33,693 bases of DNA from a virus (taxonomy: Duplodnaviria > Caudoviricetes). A program made the position numbers and the translations under genes. The stretch is taken from IMG/VR virus record IMGVR_UViG_3300032328_000613, positions 1 to 33,693 of that record; one strand, 5' to 3'. This document shows, in pieces, positions 30,620 through 33,693 of the stretch (its first letter is position 1; each line of letters starts with the position of its first letter). Below the pieces are notes generated by a model. The model ran no database searches. It was not told the origin of the DNA and worked only from the letters and a program-made list of their open reading frames with translations.

Positions 30620-31281
30620 TGAACATTCACCCTTACTTGTCCGTCGCGGTGCGTATCAGCGCGTTGTTTACCATCCGCCAAATTCTTGAGGAGCGTAATA
30701 GCTGATATGTACAGAGTGCTGTACAACTGAACCACATCTTGCTCGCCCTTCATGTAGCGGATAGCTTCAACCAAAGACCCATTCAACAACGCGGAATCAA
30801 AGTTCTGGCCGAGCCAAGTAGTGCCCGCAGTGACGATGGATTCTGGGTAGTAATAGTAGTGCAGTTCAGCAGAATAGCTTGTGTCGGGTGTCGGCCCAAC
30901 AATAAAGGTCAAGTACAAATCGTTTGTACTTTGAGGGCCAAAAATGGCGTAGTGTTTTGGTTTGCCGGTCGTGCTGTCGTACGCTTCACGAATGAAGTCC
31001 ACGTCTTTGTTTAAGAGGTAAGTGTAGTCAACCGGTGTTGCGTTTGCGGTGTAAATAGCCAAGGAATACACCGACAAGAAATCTGTTGGGCAAGCTAAGT
31101 ATGCGTTGCCCCCGGTCAAGTTACCGGTCACGTTTTTGCGCAAGTTGGAGATCTGCACCGTGTTGTAGATGCGCTGCTCCGTCTGCTGGATAAACCTGTT
31201 AATTATCTCCGGGTTGGTAGAGTAATCAAACGAGTTCTCAGCAGTTTGCTGTATAGCGGTGACAAGCTCTTGGTACGTCAT
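30616..31281 (-). CDS. phage adaptor / tail tubular protein A-like
   Basis: 221 aa. MTYQELV.AIQ..FIQQTEQRI helical start, P.DFL, G.PKHYA, GPTPD..Y..ELHYY, LLNGSLVEA..YMK helical end. Confidence 0.75.
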   Translation of the reverse strand: MTYQELVTAIQQTAENSFDYSTNPEIINRFIQQTEQRIYNTVQISNLRKNVTGNLTGGNAYLACPTDFLSVYSLAIYTANATPVDYTYLLNKDVDFIREAYDSTTGKPKHYAIFGPQSTNDLYLTFIVGPTPDTSYSAELHYYYYPESIVTAGTTWLGQNFDSALLNGSLVEAIRYMKGEQDVVQLYSTLYISAITLLKNLADGKQRADTHRDGQVRVNVQ

Positions 31282-31544
31282 TACGCCATCGGGCCTCTGG
31301 CCATCAAGCCTTTGGTCGCCGCTCCGTTACCGCGAACTTTGATGCCGTCGGTTTTAGTGGGTACCACTGGGCCGTTGTTGTACATTCCAACACTCATGCG
31401 CATACGGTTAGTGCCACTAAGTTCAGAGGGTTTGCCGGGGATTTCGGCGATCTTCATTTTTTTACCCGTCATTGTGTGGGGCTCGGCATACACAGCCGCA
31501 TCACCCACTTCTTTACCCATCATTTTTTTGCTGTATTTAGCCAT
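31281..31544 (-). CDS. small basic phage protein
   Basis: 87 aa, K/M/G-rich, ends IKVRGNGAATKGLMARGPMA. Stop/start coupled on both sides. Confidence 0.75.
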   Translation of the reverse strand: MAKYSKKMMGKEVGDAAVYAEPHTMTGKKMKIAEIPGKPSELSGTNRMRMSVGMYNNGPVVPTKTDGIKVRGNGAATKGLMARGPMA

Positions 31545-31756
31545 TATCCGCCCCTTGAAGAGCCGCGTTGGTTTGCAGCGCGAGCCAGATTACGACCCAT
31601 AGTTTTCATTTTTGCATTGATAGAACCGCCGCTTTTGAGCTTGAGCTTAGTGCCCTTGCTGCCCTTATGCTGTTGCGTATCGTGCTGCTTAATAGCTTTT
31701 TTAACCAACGCCTTGTCTTGGGTCATGTCGGTTTTGTCTGATTCCATTTTTGCCAT
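31544..31756 (-). CDS. small basic phage protein
   Basis: 70 aa, Lys-rich, strong SD AAGGAG. Confidence 0.75.
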   Translation of the reverse strand: MAKMESDKTDMTQDKALVKKAIKQHDTQQHKGSKGTKLKLKSGGSINAKMKTMGRNLARAANQRGSSRGG

Positions 31757-31766
31757 GTTCGTCTCC

Positions 31767-32153
31767 TTAAGACACTGTTACCGTTACTGTACCAACATTC
31801 GTAGTAGAAACCAAGTAGTTTTGGGTTAATACTGCGTCGAAATTGCTTGACCCACCTACAGGATACCAGCCCCACTGGATGTTTCTTGATCCGCCAGTCG
31901 GATTGCCGTCTGCGTTCAAACCGGCTGTAATGTAAGTAGTATCTACCCTCGGTTCCCTCAAGGCGATTGCCTCAACAATCGGCTGCATACCCAACAACAA
32001 CTGTGGATGATCCGGATCCCAGCACTCGGGGCACACCTTCAAATTATACTTTTTTGTCTTGATAATTTCAGTTTTTAGTTTTTTTAGTTTGAACTGCATG
32101 CCACACCGATCACACTCGGCGATAGCTTTGCGGCCCGTTGCAAAATCAGCCAT
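31767..32153 (-). CDS. zinc-ribbon protein
   Basis: 128 aa. CDRC...CPEC followed by D..HPQL. Confidence 0.75.
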   Translation of the reverse strand: MADFATGRKAIAECDRCGMQFKLKKLKTEIIKTKKYNLKVCPECWDPDHPQLLLGMQPIVEAIALREPRVDTTYITAGLNADGNPTGGSRNIQWGWYPVGGSSNFDAVLTQNYLVSTTNVGTVTVTVS

Positions 32154-33094
32154 TAGGTGACACTCCCGCCGATGTACTGCTGTCTAGGCACGAACCGTAG
32201 GGCGGCTTTTTCCCGGTCTTCACCGGCGGCTAGGTTGAACTGCTCATCGTACGCAGCCTTCAACATCTCTAACCGAACCTGCATTTCGGGCACTTTCATC
32301 GCAATGTGGTAAGCCAGACCTGCTACTAAGCAGGGTAGGAAACGGAAATTCATGTCGGCAATCGTCGTACCCTTACCAGCGTCTTGAATCCTGCGCATAC
32401 GGTAGTAAACAAATTGGTAAGTCTGGGAGTTGTCCGGGGTTGGCCATAAGGTAATAGCCGGTAGTTGGGGTACGTAAATCGCTGTGCCGACACTGTACGC
32501 AGTGGCCGTTGAGTTGTTTTGACCCCGGAAACAGTTACCCAGAGTGTTGCCGTTTACAAAATTGTAATACACATACTCACCACCAGCGCTCAATTGGATG
32601 AACCCAGAAGACGCCAAACCTTCTGTGCTGGTAAGAGTAATGGAAGTGTCGGTGGCGCTAATCGCGGTAGCCAGTGTTCCGCTGTACAGATTTGTGTTGC
32701 CACTTAGCCTTTGAATCCATACCTGCAACGGACGGCCCGGCGATAACTTGTTAGGAATAGTAGCATAATCGGAAACACTTATCCGGGTACACGTAAGATC
32801 AGACTGATTGTATTGTTGCCCTGCGCCGGTGCGGATCACGTTATCCAGCAAATCAATAGTGTCCAACGGCAAGGCGTAGGTATTCAATCCGGGAGTTATG
32901 TCAATGACCCCTTGCTCGATTGTCCACATGTTCAAGCCACGATTCGCCCACTCGATTGTCATCAGGTTCATTGAACGCCGAGCGGTTTTTAAATCATAAC
33001 CAGTTCTCATTTCACGACCGGCACGCTCCCACGCTTCCTCGGCGATCTCCGTGAAGTCCATGTTGAAGGCGGTAGTACCGGTGGTGTATGCCAT
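32153..33094 (-). CDS. head-tail adaptor-like protein with inserted beta domain
   Basis: 313 aa. EEAWERAG..ARRSMNLM..EWANRGLNMW, LWPTPD, RFLPCLVAGLAYHIA, LKAAYDEQF..A..EDRE pattern of podovirus adaptors. Confidence 0.75.
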   Translation of the reverse strand: MAYTTGTTAFNMDFTEIAEEAWERAGREMRTGYDLKTARRSMNLMTIEWANRGLNMWTIEQGVIDITPGLNTYALPLDTIDLLDNVIRTGAGQQYNQSDLTCTRISVSDYATIPNKLSPGRPLQVWIQRLSGNTNLYSGTLATAISATDTSITLTSTEGLASSGFIQLSAGGEYVYYNFVNGNTLGNCFRGQNNSTATAYSVGTAIYVPQLPAITLWPTPDNSQTYQFVYYRMRRIQDAGKGTTIADMNFRFLPCLVAGLAYHIAMKVPEMQVRLEMLKAAYDEQFNLAAGEDREKAALRFVPRQQYIGGSVT

Positions 33095-33298
33095 TTAGAG
33101 TTTCTCCAATGTTTCGTACGCACGCAGCTTTGCATTAAGGGCGGAAATTTCTTTGTCGCGCTCTTCCAACTTACGCATGAGGCTTTCGTTCATGTCGGCC
33201 CACATTGCAATTTGTTCCATGCGGTGCTTGTGATCCCTGTGCATGAGTTCAAACATGCGTTCAGAAGCTTCAAGTTGCTTTTGGATGAATGAAATCAT
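33095..33298 (-). CDS. small coiled-coil hypothetical protein
   Basis: 67 aa with heptad pattern, ATGA-coupled. Confidence 0.7.
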   Translation of the reverse strand: MISFIQKQLEASERMFELMHRDHKHRMEQIAMWADMNESLMRKLEERDKEISALNAKLRAYETLEKL

Positions 33299-33531
33299 TT
33301 TCTAAATCCCGCTGTTTTCTTTGCTACTGTCTTTGGTTGGGCTACGAATTGTTTCCCGGCTTTTTTGCCAGTACGTTTTGCACGCGTTGTCGCAGCATAC
33401 TCAGAAGGGCTGAGAGCTTTAATTGCAGCTTCAGGAAGATATCTTTCACCTGTGTCAGAAGATCGTTTACCACTTTTGGTTCTCCATTTTTGATCGCCCC
33501 AATTTTTAAGGGATTGTTGAGGCGCTTTCAA
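33295..33531 (-). CDS. small basic protein (C-terminal half of a DUF5872-like domain)
   Basis: 78 aa, TTG start overlapping the upstream TGA. SLKNWGDQKWRT...RYLP..AI..LS...GKQFV.QP. Confidence 0.65.
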   Translation of the reverse strand: MKAPQQSLKNWGDQKWRTKSGKRSSDTGERYLPEAAIKALSPSEYAATTRAKRTGKKAGKQFVAQPKTVAKKTAGFRK

Positions 33532-33692
33532 TCTCTATACCCCCCACCAGCAGCCTTATATTTCTTAGCTACTAGCTGGGCTTTGCGGGCTGACCATTGA
33601 CCTGCGCCCGTGCCTTGTGTTGCGGCAGCTTTTACTTGGGACACAATGCGCTTTCGCATTTCTGGCTTGGTGTAGTTTCCCGCAGCGTTTAC
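33528..33692 (-). CDS. partial gene, small basic protein (N-terminal half of a DUF5872-like domain); not in ORF track
   Basis: Open from the window edge: VNAAGNYTKPEMRKRIVSQVKAAATQGTGAGQWSARKAQLVAKKYKAAGGGYRD*, TGA at 33530-33528. Confidence 0.75.
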   Translation of the reverse strand, partial: VNAAGNYTKPEMRKRIVSQVKAAATQGTGAGQWSARKAQLVAKKYKAAGGGYRD

Positions 33693-33693
33693 T

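Noticed and set aside
33534-33548. G6 run as a programmed -1 frameshift fusing the last two ORFs
   Set aside because: The -1 frame has a TAG between the G run and the downstream TTG start.

Overview
This is a fragment of a tailed dsDNA phage (Caudoviricetes, podovirus-like layout) with two convergent arms. The + strand (1-4877) is a replication module: the tail of a probable SNF2-type helicase, a sigma70 promoter, a conserved coiled-coil protein, a Cys-motif SSB/annealing-like protein, an HTH regulator and a 949-aa AEP primase / Cys-cluster / DUF927 helicase fusion. The - strand (4964-33693) is a tightly coupled late operon: small basic proteins, two adaptor/tail-tube proteins, paralogous structural proteins, a cupin, Gly-rich and conventional tail fibres, a four-gene lysis cassette (M15 endolysin, 3TM holin, two membrane proteins), a tail-tube/stabilisation protein and four probable internal (ejected) virion proteins of 2156, 654, 575 and 1964 aa. 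I saw no capsid, portal, terminase, integrase, tRNA or CRISPR array. The most interesting unexplained signals are: (1) a self-contained ~75-nt candidate sRNA (own promoter, three hairpins, exposed anti-Shine-Dalgarno CUCCUU, terminator) between the arms; (2) a lysis-cassette gene that appears to start at ATT; (3) a ~19-aa repeat shared, also at DNA level, between the end of one gene and the start of the next; (4) a recurring [FYML]xxGG motif at apparent domain junctions of the internal proteins, possibly a processing or packaging signal. All family calls come from reading motifs by eye; no database search was run.
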